From Octopus sinensis (taxonomy: Eukaryota): DNA of 25,195 nt. The stretch spans positions 1 to 25,195 of the forward strand of contig NW_021836328.1 in NCBI RefSeq assembly GCF_006345805.1. The letters are read 5' to 3'. This document shows, piece by piece, positions 1 through 9,413 of the stretch; the stretch's first letter is position 1; each line of letters begins with the position of its first letter. The notes beneath the pieces were generated by a model, which did not search any database, was not told the DNA's origin, and was given only the letters and a program-made list of their open reading frames with translations. The position numbers were made by a program, and so were the translations under genes.

Positions 1-264
1 ATACAGACAAACACGCATGCACACACACACACACATATATATATGTATGTATGTATATGCATGCGTATACATATTTAGAAATACATTCATAGATATTTGT
101 CAAAAACTGATGCAGTTGAAATCTTAGTCAGCATCATGACTCAATACACACACACACATCTCACAGTATCGATGTTGTTATACCTCGCTGATCACAATGC
201 GCATAGCATCGTTATAGCTTTTGAACAACGTTACTCCACTAGCAAGGCTATTCAGCCACAGGGT

Positions 265-327
265 ATACCAATTTACAGGTGAGTGGACTCGAGCAACACG
301 AAGTGAAGTGTCTTGCTCAAGAAACAC
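265..327 (-). mobile_element. SINE family D internal fragment
   Basis: caggtgagtggactcgagcaacacgaagtgaagtgtcttgctcaag resembles the family D copy at ~15335-15385. Confidence 0.6.
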
Positions 328-490
328 CTATCACGACCTATTTTCAAATTTCTAATTATTAATTAAAAATTTTTTTAAATGAATGTTTTTAAAACGCAAA
401 AAACATTTTGAGTTATTTTTCCTTTTTAATATTCTATTCCAGATTTTAATCCTTAGTTGCAATATTTTAAGTAAAACTTTTTTGTTCTGG

Positions 491-660
491 ACTTTACCAG
501 ATGTAATAACTTCAACTTTACCAGATGTAATAACTTCAACTTTACCAGGTGTAATAACTTCAACTTTACCAGGTGTAATAACTTCAACTTTACCAGATGT
601 AATAACTTCAACTTTTCCAAGTGTAATAACTTGTCCTCAACTTTTCCAGGTTTATAATCT
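491..660. repeat. 24-bp minisatellite (actttaccagrtgtaataacttca), 6 units plus a degenerate 7th
   Basis: Units start at 491, 515, 539, 563, 587 and 611; variants GA/GA/GG/GG/GA/AG. Confidence 0.95.
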
Positions 661-750
661 TAAGAATATTATTTCTCTTGCTCACATTTTGTCATGTAAG
701 TATGTATGTGTTTATGTATGTATGCATCTATCTATCTATCCATCTACATT

Positions 751-1092
751 TTTATTCTTTTACTTGTTTCAGTCATTTGACAGCGGCCATGTTGGAGCAC
801 TGCCTTTAGTCGAAGAAATCGACCCCCAAGGCTTATTCTTTGTAAGCCTGGTATTTATTCTTTCGGTCTCTTTTGCCGAACCACTAGGTTTCAGGGATGT
901 AAACACACCAACATCGGTTGTCAAGTGACGATGGGGGGACAAATACAGACACACACACACACAACTGGCTTCTTTCAGTTTCCATCTACTAGATCCATTC
1001 ACAAAGCTTTGTTCGGCCAAGGTGCCATGCAGTGGGACTGAACCCGAAACCATGTGGTTGGTAAGCAAGCTTCGTACCCCACAACCATGCCT
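751..1092 (-). mobile_element. SINE family B, near full length (tRNA-like head, CORE-like segment, internal microsatellite, tail)
   Basis: Reverse complement matches the plus-strand copies at 15517-15909, 17880-18330 and 21841-22205. Confidence 0.9.
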
Positions 1093-1128
1093 ATACATGT
1101 ACACATACAAACATACATACATATAAAC

Positions 1129-1175
<47 letters not shown>

Positions 1176-1818
1176 CAGTCGAACAAAAGGAATCCGAAGT
1201 TTGAGAGAAATGCGTTTTAATTATTAAAAAATAATAAAATAAAACAATTTTCTCAAATATCTTTAACAGCGAATTTTTGGTGAGAAAATCGAATAATCAA
1301 CAACAACAATAAAAAACCCACAAGAAAAAAACATCAATTGTCGTGTTAAAAGTTTTGGACGATATCACAGGAGACTCTTGGAAACCAGGCAATATCAACC
1401 ATTGGCTAATCAATACATGTCTAGATGTAGCTTGCTATCAATTTGAAACAATATGTAGAAGATGCCTGAAGGGGAGGATATTGTATTGAAAAGACCTGAT
1501 GGTGATAAAGCTGTGCTATCTTAAGTAAAATAATTGAACACCGCATACAAGATTTGCTTAAGCTGCCTTTTAGAATTCCTCTTGTCTTTTAATACAATTG
1601 TCAGTCGAATATGATCGCACCTTAAGAGCAGGGGAGATGTGGAGAGGAGGAAGCGGATTGGAAATATTTGAATTATTAAATTCAGGCTGTGTGATGTAAC
1701 AAAGAGAGGAGAAACTTATAGAAAACTTGATTACAATATGGCGTTTTAGTCTGTTCTCTAGTGATGGCGGCTTGAATCACTGTACCTGACAAATATATCT
1801 TGCTGTTGTAATTGTTAC

Positions 1819-2584
1819 AAATACCTATTTCTTTACTACCCACAAGGGGCTAAACACAGAGGGGACAAACAAGGACAGACAAACGGATTAAGTCGATTAC
1901 ATCAACCCCAGTGCGTAACTGGTACTTATCTAATCGACCCCGAAAGGATGAAAGGCAAAGTCGACCTCGGCGGAATTTGAACTCAGAACGTAGCGGCAGG
2001 CGAAATACCTATTTCTTTACTACCCACAGGGGGATAAACATGGAGGGGACAAACAAGGACAGACAAACGGATTAAGTCGATTACATCGACCCCAGTGCGT
2101 AACTGGTACTTAATTTATCGACCCCGAAAGGATGAAAGGCACAGTCGACCTCGGCGGAATTTGAACTCAGAACGTAACGGCAGGCGAAATACCTATTTCT
2201 TTACTACTCACAGGGGGATAAACATGGAGGGGACAAACAAGGACAGACAAACGGATTAAGTCGATTACATCGACCCCAGTGCGTAACTGGTACTTATCTA
2301 ATCGACCCCGAAAGGATAAGTCGACCTCGGAGGAATTTGAACTCAGAATGTAACGGCAGACAGAATACCTATTTCTTTACTACCCACAGGGGACAAACAA
2401 GGACAGACAAACGGATTAAGTCGATTACATCGACCCCAGTGCGTAACTGGTACTTATCTTATCGACCCCGAAAGGATGAAAGACAAAGTCGACCTCGGCG
2501 GAATTTGAACTCAGAACGTAGCGGCAGACGAATTACTGCCAAGCATTTCGCCCGGCGTGCTAACGTTTCTGCCAGCTCGCCGCC
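1819..2584 (-). mobile_element. SINE family A tetramer (one headed unit plus three headless ~184-bp units)
   Basis: Units start at 1819, 2003, 2187 and 2363; head GGCGGCGAGCTGGCAGAAACG only at the 2584 end; B-box GAGTTCAAATTCC in each unit. Confidence 0.9.
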
Positions 2585-2605
2585 TGTGGCTATCACAAGT
2601 TGTGT

Positions 2606-2710
2606 CGTTGTGAAAGGGCACAGACCCATCATAGCTGGGACGTTGTGAATACACAAAAGCCCGTAACACTTGCATCGTTGTGAAAACAACATTTTCTCTT
2701 GTCTTCAATC
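2606..2710 (+). repeat. Decayed 35-bp-period array (cgttgtgaa at 2606, 2641, 2676)
   Basis: Exact 9-mer at an exact 35-bp period; ccc in the same register in units 1 and 2. Confidence 0.6.
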
Positions 2711-2745
2711 TTGACAAAGGGCCTGTGCCCGAAACGTTGATAATG
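2706..2745 (+). ncRNA. Candidate minimal type I hammerhead ribozyme with U3-A8 core variant
   Basis: AUC-UUGACAA-A-GGGC(CUGU)GCCC-GAAA-CG-UU^GAU: core, 4-bp stem II, palindromic ACGU stem III, short stem I. Confidence 0.5.
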
Positions 2746-2817
2746 TTTCATTTGTGCACAACATCTACAATAAGTTATTGTTCTTTTTTTTATCAATTCC
2801 ACATTTGGGTGGAGTGC

Positions 2818-2950
2818 GGGCATACAAACACACATACATACACACACAAACACACACACACACAGATATATATACATGTACACACACATATACACATAAA
2901 TATATATACACATACACACACATGTATACATACATATATACTTACATACA
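2818..2950. repeat. Compound (CA)n/(TA)n microsatellite
   Basis: Direct inspection. Confidence 0.9.
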
Positions 2951-2992
2951 GATATGTAGAGTAAGAGAGGGAGGGAATGAGAGAGAGAAAGA

Positions 2993-3120
2993 GGCGTGGC
3001 TGTGTGGTAAGAAGCTGTCTTTCCGACTACATGGTTTGGGGTTCAGTCCCACTACATCACACCTTGGGCGACCAAAGCCTCGCAAATGGATTTGGCAGAC
3101 GGAAACTGAAAGAAGCCCAT
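2993..3120 (+). mobile_element. SINE family B head, decayed and internally deleted
   Basis: ggcgtggctgtgtggtaag...gttcagtcccact...gacggaaactgaaagaagcc. Confidence 0.85.
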
Positions 3121-3124
3121 TGTA

Positions 3125-3534
3125 TATTTTGAAAGCCGGTCACCCACACCGCTTAACGAGTGGTGCTGGTTTGATTACGTTCCTGTAACTTAACGGTTCA
3201 GCAAAACAGAGAAAATAAAGTATCACGTTTTAAAAAACAGAACTGGGGGTCAATTCATTCGGCTAAAAATTCTTGAAGGCGGTGCCCCAGCATGGCCGTA
3301 GTCTAAGATAAAAGATAAATAAAAAGAGAGAGGCATGGCTGTGTGGTAAAAAGCTTGCTTCCCAACCACATGGTTCTGGGTTCAGTCTCACTACATGACT
3401 CCTTGAGCAAATGACTTCTGCAATAGGCTCGGGCCGACTGAATCCTTGTGAGTTGATTTGGTAGACGGAAACTGAAAGAAGCCTGCCAACAACTTAGAAT
3501 ATTTCTGATCTTTATGGCATGAAATGACCTTCCA
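3125..3534 (+). repeat. Left arm of a 410-bp inverted duplication (SINE B tail, SINE B head and ~50 bp of non-SINE sequence)
   Basis: Reverse complement of 5395-5804; about 19 mismatches by hand count (~95% identity). Confidence 0.95.
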
Positions 3535-4306
3535 ATGGATTTTGGAATTGTTTTCTTTCGAAGCACTCAGCAGAAATTTTTCTTGGAATCGGTAAAACTC
3601 TTCGTCAGAAAGAAAGATTGGTTTTCCATAATTATTGGCAAACACTGGAAACTAAGCCAGAAGTTTCCGGAGAATCACGAACCGGCAAAACTGTAATGGC
3701 AGATGTTTTCTTTTCGTTTGTTGATATATTTTCAATAAACAAAAAGTGTACATCTACATACTCATGGACGTATATACATACACACACAACGCTACACGCA
3801 TATACATACACGATCACACACACACACGTGTATCTATGTATGTAGCTGTTGGGGGTGTTTGTCTCCCCTTCGTAAATATATAAGGACACAGGAAATGTGT
3901 CAAGGCCGACAGGAAGCGTCGATGCTTCCTAGGGCTAAACAGCAGTGGTGTAATTCCCTTACAGGACTGTCACGTTAGGTTGACAGTATACAACCACTCT
4001 GTTACCCCACCACCGCATATATCTCTATGAGACATTTAGAAATTTAATATTTCTGATATATATATATATATATATACATACGAGCACTCAACATCTTAAA
4101 TCTGCTGTAATAATTATAACTTTTAATAAAATGTTGTAGTGCGAAACAATTGTACCAAACTACCGGAGTCATTCTTGTTGCTCATTTTTGACTATAATCA
4201 CCCCGCAAATCTTTTATGGATAACACCATACAAAATTCTGGTGCATCTAAATTAAGTACCATATTCATTTGAATCTAAATTGTTACATATATATATATAT
4301 ATATAT

Positions 4307-4643
4307 GTAGGAGTGGCCGTGTGGTAAGTAGCTTGCTCACCAACCACATGGTTCCGGGTTCAGTCCCACTGCGTGGCATCTTGGGCAAGTGTCTTCTGCT
4401 ATAGCCCCGGGCCGACCAATGCCTTGTGAGTGGATTTGGTAGACGGAAACTGAAAGAAGCCTGTCATATATATGTATATATATATGTGTATGCGTGTGTG
4501 TTTGTTTGTCCCCCTAGCATTGCTTGACAACCAATGCTGGTGTGTTTACGTCCCCGTCACTTAGCGGTTCTGCAAAAGAGACCGATAGAATAAGTACTGG
4601 GCTTACAAAAGAATAAGGATAATAGTTGATTTGCTTGACTAAA
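4307..4643 (+). mobile_element. SINE family B whose tail is interrupted by a family C segment; tail resumes at ~4879-4917
   Basis: Head, TA/TG tract and tail up to gactaaa; gtggccgcagtcgaatgactgaaacaagtaaaag resumes later. Confidence 0.85.
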
Positions 4644-4849
4644 GCCCCACGAGACTCCAGCAGGGGTGGTGGAGAACCCTGCTGTACTCTTTCACCACAA
4701 CTTTCTCCCACTCTTCCTGTTTCTGTTGTACCTGTATTTCAAAGGAGCTAGCCTTGTCACACTCTGTGTAACGCTGAATCTCCCTGAGAACTATGTTGGG
4801 GGTACACATGTCTTCGGAGTACCCAACCGCTTGCACGTTAATTTCACGA
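4644..4849 (+). mobile_element. SINE family C internal segment
   Basis: Near-identical inverted copy at 5058-5268; homologous to 11086-11250. Confidence 0.9.
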
Positions 4850-5013
4850 AAAAGGAAAATTGTCCCATACACCTGAAAGTGGCCGCAGTCGAATGACTGA
4901 AACAAGTAAAAGAATAAAATAATATATATATATATATATATATATAACATGTTCACAGCAAACACTCGTTTACACGTACATAATACACACTACAGCACTG
5001 ATCGGACCAATTG

Positions 5014-5375
5014 TCACGACGAGGATTCCAGTTGGTCCGATCAGCGGAACAGCCTACTCGTGAAATTAACGTGCAAGTGGTTGAGTACTCCGAAGACATG
5101 TGTACCCCCAACATAGTTCTCAGGGAGATTCAGCGTTACACAGAGTGTGACAAGGCTAGCTCCTTTGAAATACAGGTACAACAGAAACAGGAAGTAAGAG
5201 TGAGAGAAAGTTGTGGTGAAAGAGTACAGCAGGATTCTCCACCACCCCCTGCCGGAGTCTCGTGGGGGCTTTAGGTGTTTTCGCTCAACAAACACTCACA
5301 ACGCCCGGTCTGGGAATCGAAACCGCGATCCTATGACCGCAAGTCCGCTGCCCTAACCACTGGTCCATTGCGCCT
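5014..5375 (-). mobile_element. SINE family C, near full length
   Basis: Minus-strand head gtggttagggcagcggacttgcggtcataggatcgcggtttcgattccc with a B-box; matches the head at 10987. Confidence 0.9.
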
Positions 5376-5394
5376 CAACACACATACACTTGTA

Positions 5395-5804
5395 TGGAAG
5401 GTCATTTCATGCCATAAAGATCAGAAATATTCTAAGTTGTTGGCAGGCTTCTTTCAGTTTCCATCTACCAAATCAACTCACAAGGATTCAGTTGGCCCGA
5501 GCCTATTGCAGAAGTCATTTGCCCAAGGTGCCATGCAGTGGGACTGAACCCAGAACCATGTGGTTGGGAAGCAAGCTTTTTACCACACATCCACGCCTCT
5601 CTCTTTTTATTTATCTTTTATCTTGGACTACGGCCATGCTGGGGCACCGCCTTCAAGAATTTTTAGTCGAATGAATTGACCCGCAGTTCTGTTTTTTAAA
5701 ACGTGATACTTTATCGTCTCTGTTTTGCTGAACCGTTAAGTTACGGGAACATAATCAAACCAGCACCGCTCGTCAAGCGGTGTGGGTGACCGGCTTTCAG
5801 AATA
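5395..5804 (-). repeat. Right arm of the 410-bp inverted duplication
   Basis: Reverse complement of 3125-3534. Confidence 0.95.
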
Positions 5805-5817
5805 CTTGTATGTGTGT

Positions 5818-6077
5818 TCATCATCGTTTAACGTCCGCTTTCCATGCTAGCATGGGTTGGACGGTTCAACTGGGGTCTGGGAAGCACGAAGGCTGCACCA
5901 GACCAGTCAGATCTGGCAGTGTTTCTACAGCTGGATGCCCTTCCTAACGCCAACCACTCCGAGAGTGTAGTGGGTGATTTTATGTGCCACCGACACAGGT
6001 ACCAGACGAGGCTGGTGAACGGCCACGCTCGGATGGTGTTTTTTTATGTGCCACCGACACAGGTGCCAGACGAGGCT
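5818..6077 (-). mobile_element. SINE-like family E 3' part with (GAT)n-type tail and an internal ~36-bp duplication
   Basis: Minus strand has tggttggcgttaggaagggcatccagctgtag and ends aaagcggacgttaaacgatgatga; ttttatgtgccaccgacacaggtrccagacgaggct occurs twice. Confidence 0.7.
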
Positions 6078-6131
6078 TTGTTTCAAACATTTGACTGTGG
6101 CCATGCTGGAGCACCGCCTTTAGTCGAGCAC
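6078..6131 (-). mobile_element. SINE family B tail fragment
   Basis: tttgactgtggccatgctggagcaccgcctttagtcgagca. Confidence 0.85.
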
Positions 6132-6481
6132 CGTTAATTCTTCCCTCCGCTTCACTAACCCTCCCTATCCCTTCAACTCTCCCCTATTACACCTACCCTC
6201 TCTGTAATTAATCCTAATTTATTTATCTTTCAACATCCCTCGTCGTTTATTTTTGTCTCCGGTGAAGAACTCTACACGAAATCTAATCACATTTATTCCA
6301 CTTCAAATATTAAATAATGTCTGGAACATTTTCCATCAATTTTTTCGCACAATAACAACTTTATTCCATTTCTCAGATTCCACTCTTTTATTCGGAAACC
6401 CTCACTCTCCAAATCTCTCTTACACTTTCTTACCGGCTTCCCTTACTTTTTGCCATCAATTTTCTTTAGGCTTCATTGCAA

Positions 6482-7440
6482 TCTTCCTTCCTTCCTTTCT
6501 TCTCTTCTTTTCTTCTCTTCTTTCCTTCCTTCTCTTACTTCTTCCCTCTCTTCCTTCCTTCTTCTCTTCTTTCCTTCCTTCCTTCTTCCTTTCCTTCCTT
6601 CCTTTCTTCTCTTACTTCTTCCCTCCCTTCCTTCCTTCTCCCCTTCCTTTCTTCTCTTCTTTCCTTCCTTCCTTTCTTTTTCTTTCTTCTTCCCTTCCTT
6701 CCTTTCTTCTCTTCCTTCTTCCTTCCTTTCTTCTCTTCTTCTCTCCCTTCCTTCCTTCTCCCCTTCCTTTCTTCTCTTCTTTCTTCCTTCCTTCCTTCCT
6801 TCTCTTCCTTCTTTTCCTCCTTCCTTTCTTCTCTCTTTCTCTTCTTCTTCCTTTCTTTCTTCCTCTCTTTCTCTTCCTTCTTCCCCTTCCTCCTTTCTTC
6901 TCTTCTTCCTCCTCTTCCTTTCCTCTCTTCTTTCTTCCCTCCTTCCTTCCTTCCTTCTTCTCTTCTTCCCTTCTTTCTTCTCTTCCTTCCTTCTTTTCTC
7001 TCTTCTTCCTTTCTCCTTTCTCTTTCTTCTCCCCCTCTTCCTTCCTTCTTCTCTTCCTTCTTCCTCCCTTCCTCTCTTCCTTCTCTTTCTTTCTTCCTCT
7101 CTCTCTTCCTCCCTTCCTTCTCTTCCTTCCTTCCCTTTCTTATTCTTGCTCTTCTTTCCTCCTCTTCTCTTCTTTCTCCTCTTCTTTCTTCTTCCTTCCT
7201 CCTCTTCTTTCCTTCCTTCCTTCCGTTTCTTCTCTTCTTTCCTTCCTTCCTTTCTTCTCTTTCTTCTTCCCTTCCTTCCTTCTTCCCTTCTTCTCTTCTT
7301 CCCTTCCTTCCTTTCGAATCTTCCTTCTTCCCTTCCTTTCTTCTCTTCCTTCTTCCCTTCCTTCTCTTCCTTCCTCCTTCTTCCTCTTCCTTCTTCCCTT
7401 CCTTCTTTCTTCCCTTCCTTCCTTCTTCCCCTTCAAACCT
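6482..7440. repeat. ~960-bp polypyrimidine low-complexity tract (CTT/CCTT)
   Basis: Almost exclusively C/T on the + strand. Confidence 0.95.
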
Positions 7441-8131
7441 TTCCCCATGTTTCCCTAATTTTCCTTCCAATTTTCACCCATAATTCATCCTTAATTTCTT
7501 TCCTGATAAATATATTTTTTATCCTTTCCTTCTTTTCTTCTTCCCCCCCGCCCCCAAACATTGTCCACGAACTCCCTCAACCAACTCATTTCCGACCCCT
7601 TACGTCCACGAAAAAAAAAAAACAAAAAAACAACAACAACAACAAAACCCCCGCACCGCAATGTCGCTCATGATAATGCAAAACAATGAACTGGAAAGAG
7701 ACATTGTTAGCGTTCGTCCAAGAAAATGATTGGCGTTTGGATTTGTGAATATTTACTCTAAAACCACGCTAATCCTGGATTATACCAATTGGAAACCGAA
7801 GATATTAACTACCATTTCAGGGATCAAATGGATTATCGATTGCTTTGTTTCCTTATTTTCTTCTTCTCACCATTTCCTGTCGCTTACCACACGCATAAAC
7901 ATGCGCAAACACATATACGAACGCACACATGCGAACGTATACACACACCCAAACATAAACACACACAAATATATTAGATTAAAAGCTGCAATGTATACAC
8001 CGTTACAGCCTTTTCATGGATGAATATTAATGTTACTAGAGTGCTCGATATTTTAAGGTAGAGCCAATTAAATGGCGTCGACGACGCACAGATAAACATT
8101 TTGATACGCGAGGTACGATATAATCTATACG

Positions 8132-8361
8132 GGCGATCTTTCGTCTCTAGTAGACCTTTCCGTCGATTTCCGTAAAAAAAATTTTTTTTTACATATGGGC
8201 TTGCGGGAACTTTTGAAGTAATATACATACATATACACTACACCGAGTAAAAATTTCAGTTATCTCTTTCTTTCACACATTACTCTGTCTCTTCACACTC
8301 ACTAACAGAAGCACTTCACTTACACAACATACTGTCTGTCTCCCACACCCCATCAAACACA

Positions 8362-8392
<31 letters not shown>

Positions 8393-8575
8393 CACATTAC
8401 ATCAATGCGTTCCATGCACGGTAACTTCAAAAGAACTTCCCCGTCATACAATCGCTTTCTCTTAGTCTCTTTCGCTCTCATTACTTCAAAAGTTCCCGCA
8501 AGCCCATATGTAAAAAAAAAAAAAATTTTTTTTACGGAAATCGACGGAAAGGTCTACTAGAGACGAAAGATCGCC
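8132..8575. mobile_element. MITE A: ~91-96-bp TIRs starting GGCGATC, 8-bp TSD tctatacg (Merlin-like)
   Basis: TIRs 8132-8222 and 8480-8575; TSD 8124-8131 and 8576-8583. Confidence 0.9.
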
Positions 8576-8602
8576 TCTATACGTACATAAGCATCATAAA
8601 TC

Positions 8603-9413
8603 GGTATTCTTTCGATATGACTCGACAAAATCAAAACACTTCAATTCGGCTGCTTCCGTGGAAGCAGTGTCAACTGTCAGTCGACGAAATGGGAGGAGCA
8701 GAAGAAAACTAGGCAATCTTTCGTCTCTAGTAGACCTTTCCGTCGATTTCCGTAAATTTTTTTTTTTTTTTTTTTTACATATGGGCTTGCGGGAACTTTT
8801 GAAGTAATGAGAGCGAAAGAGACTAAGAGAAAGCGATTGTATGACGAGGGAAGTTCTTTTGAAGTTACCGTGCATGGAACGCATTGATGTACATGTGTGT
8901 GTGTGTGTGTGTGTTTGATGGGGTGTGGGAGACAGACAGTATGTTGTGTAAGTGAAGTGCTTCTGTTAGTGTGTGTGAAGAGACAGAGAGAGTGATGTGA
9001 GAAAGAGAGAGATAACTGAAATTTTTTACTCGGTGTATGTGTATATGTATGTATATTACTTCAAAAGTTCCCGCAAGCCCATATGTAAAAAAAAAAATTT
9101 TTTTACGGAAAGGTCTACTAGAGACGAAAGATCGCCGAAAGCTAAAATGGGTTGTACGTGCGTGCATGCTTATTCGTTTATTGTTGTCTGTATCTGTGTG
9201 TGTGTGCGTACTTGTTCTTATCTGTGTATGTGAGCCTGTTCTGTTTTTATGTGTTATGGAATATAGATATAACGAAATTTTTTTACATACACACATCAAG
9301 CAGGTAAAGAACAAATATGCAAGGCTATTTTTTCTTCAAGTTTAGACACAGCTTCCACGGAAACAGCCGAATTGAAGTGTTTTGATTTTGTCGAGTCAAA
9401 TCGAAAGAATACC
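8603..9413. mobile_element. MITE C: 69-bp TIRs starting GGTATTC, 8-bp TSD cataaatc (Merlin-like); hosts MITE B
   Basis: TIRs 8603-8671 and 9345-9413 (3 mismatches); TSD 8595-8602 and 9414-9421. Confidence 0.9.
8712..9136. mobile_element. MITE B: same family as MITE A, opposite orientation, nested in MITE C
   Basis: TIRs 8712-8808 and 9055-9136; TSD gaaaacta/gaaagcta (7 of 8 match); interior is the reverse complement of MITE A. Confidence 0.9.

Noticed and set aside
1819-2710. CRISPR-like appearance of the 184-bp and 35-bp arrays
   Set aside because: The 184-bp units are SINE bodies without unique spacers; the 35-bp array has only a 9-bp constant part; eukaryotic context with no cas genes.
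3550-3615. CTGACGAAGAG...GAAA on the minus strand as a third hammerhead
   Set aside because: Stem II is only 3 weak pairs, and no stem III or UH cleavage site can be formed.
3845-3955. HDV-like ribozyme suggested by gctgtt/aacagc pairing and GGCTAA
   Set aside because: No P1, P1.1 or proper L3 could be fitted.
6253-7673. Long ORFs (311-407 aa) rich in F/L/S/P or K/E/R/G
   Set aside because: They are translations of a C/T-only tract that lacks stop codons; several overlapping frames on both strands are open.
7730-7830. DYTNWKPK resembling a C-type lectin motif
   Set aside because: No EPN/WND motif or cysteine pattern and no convincing splice sites.
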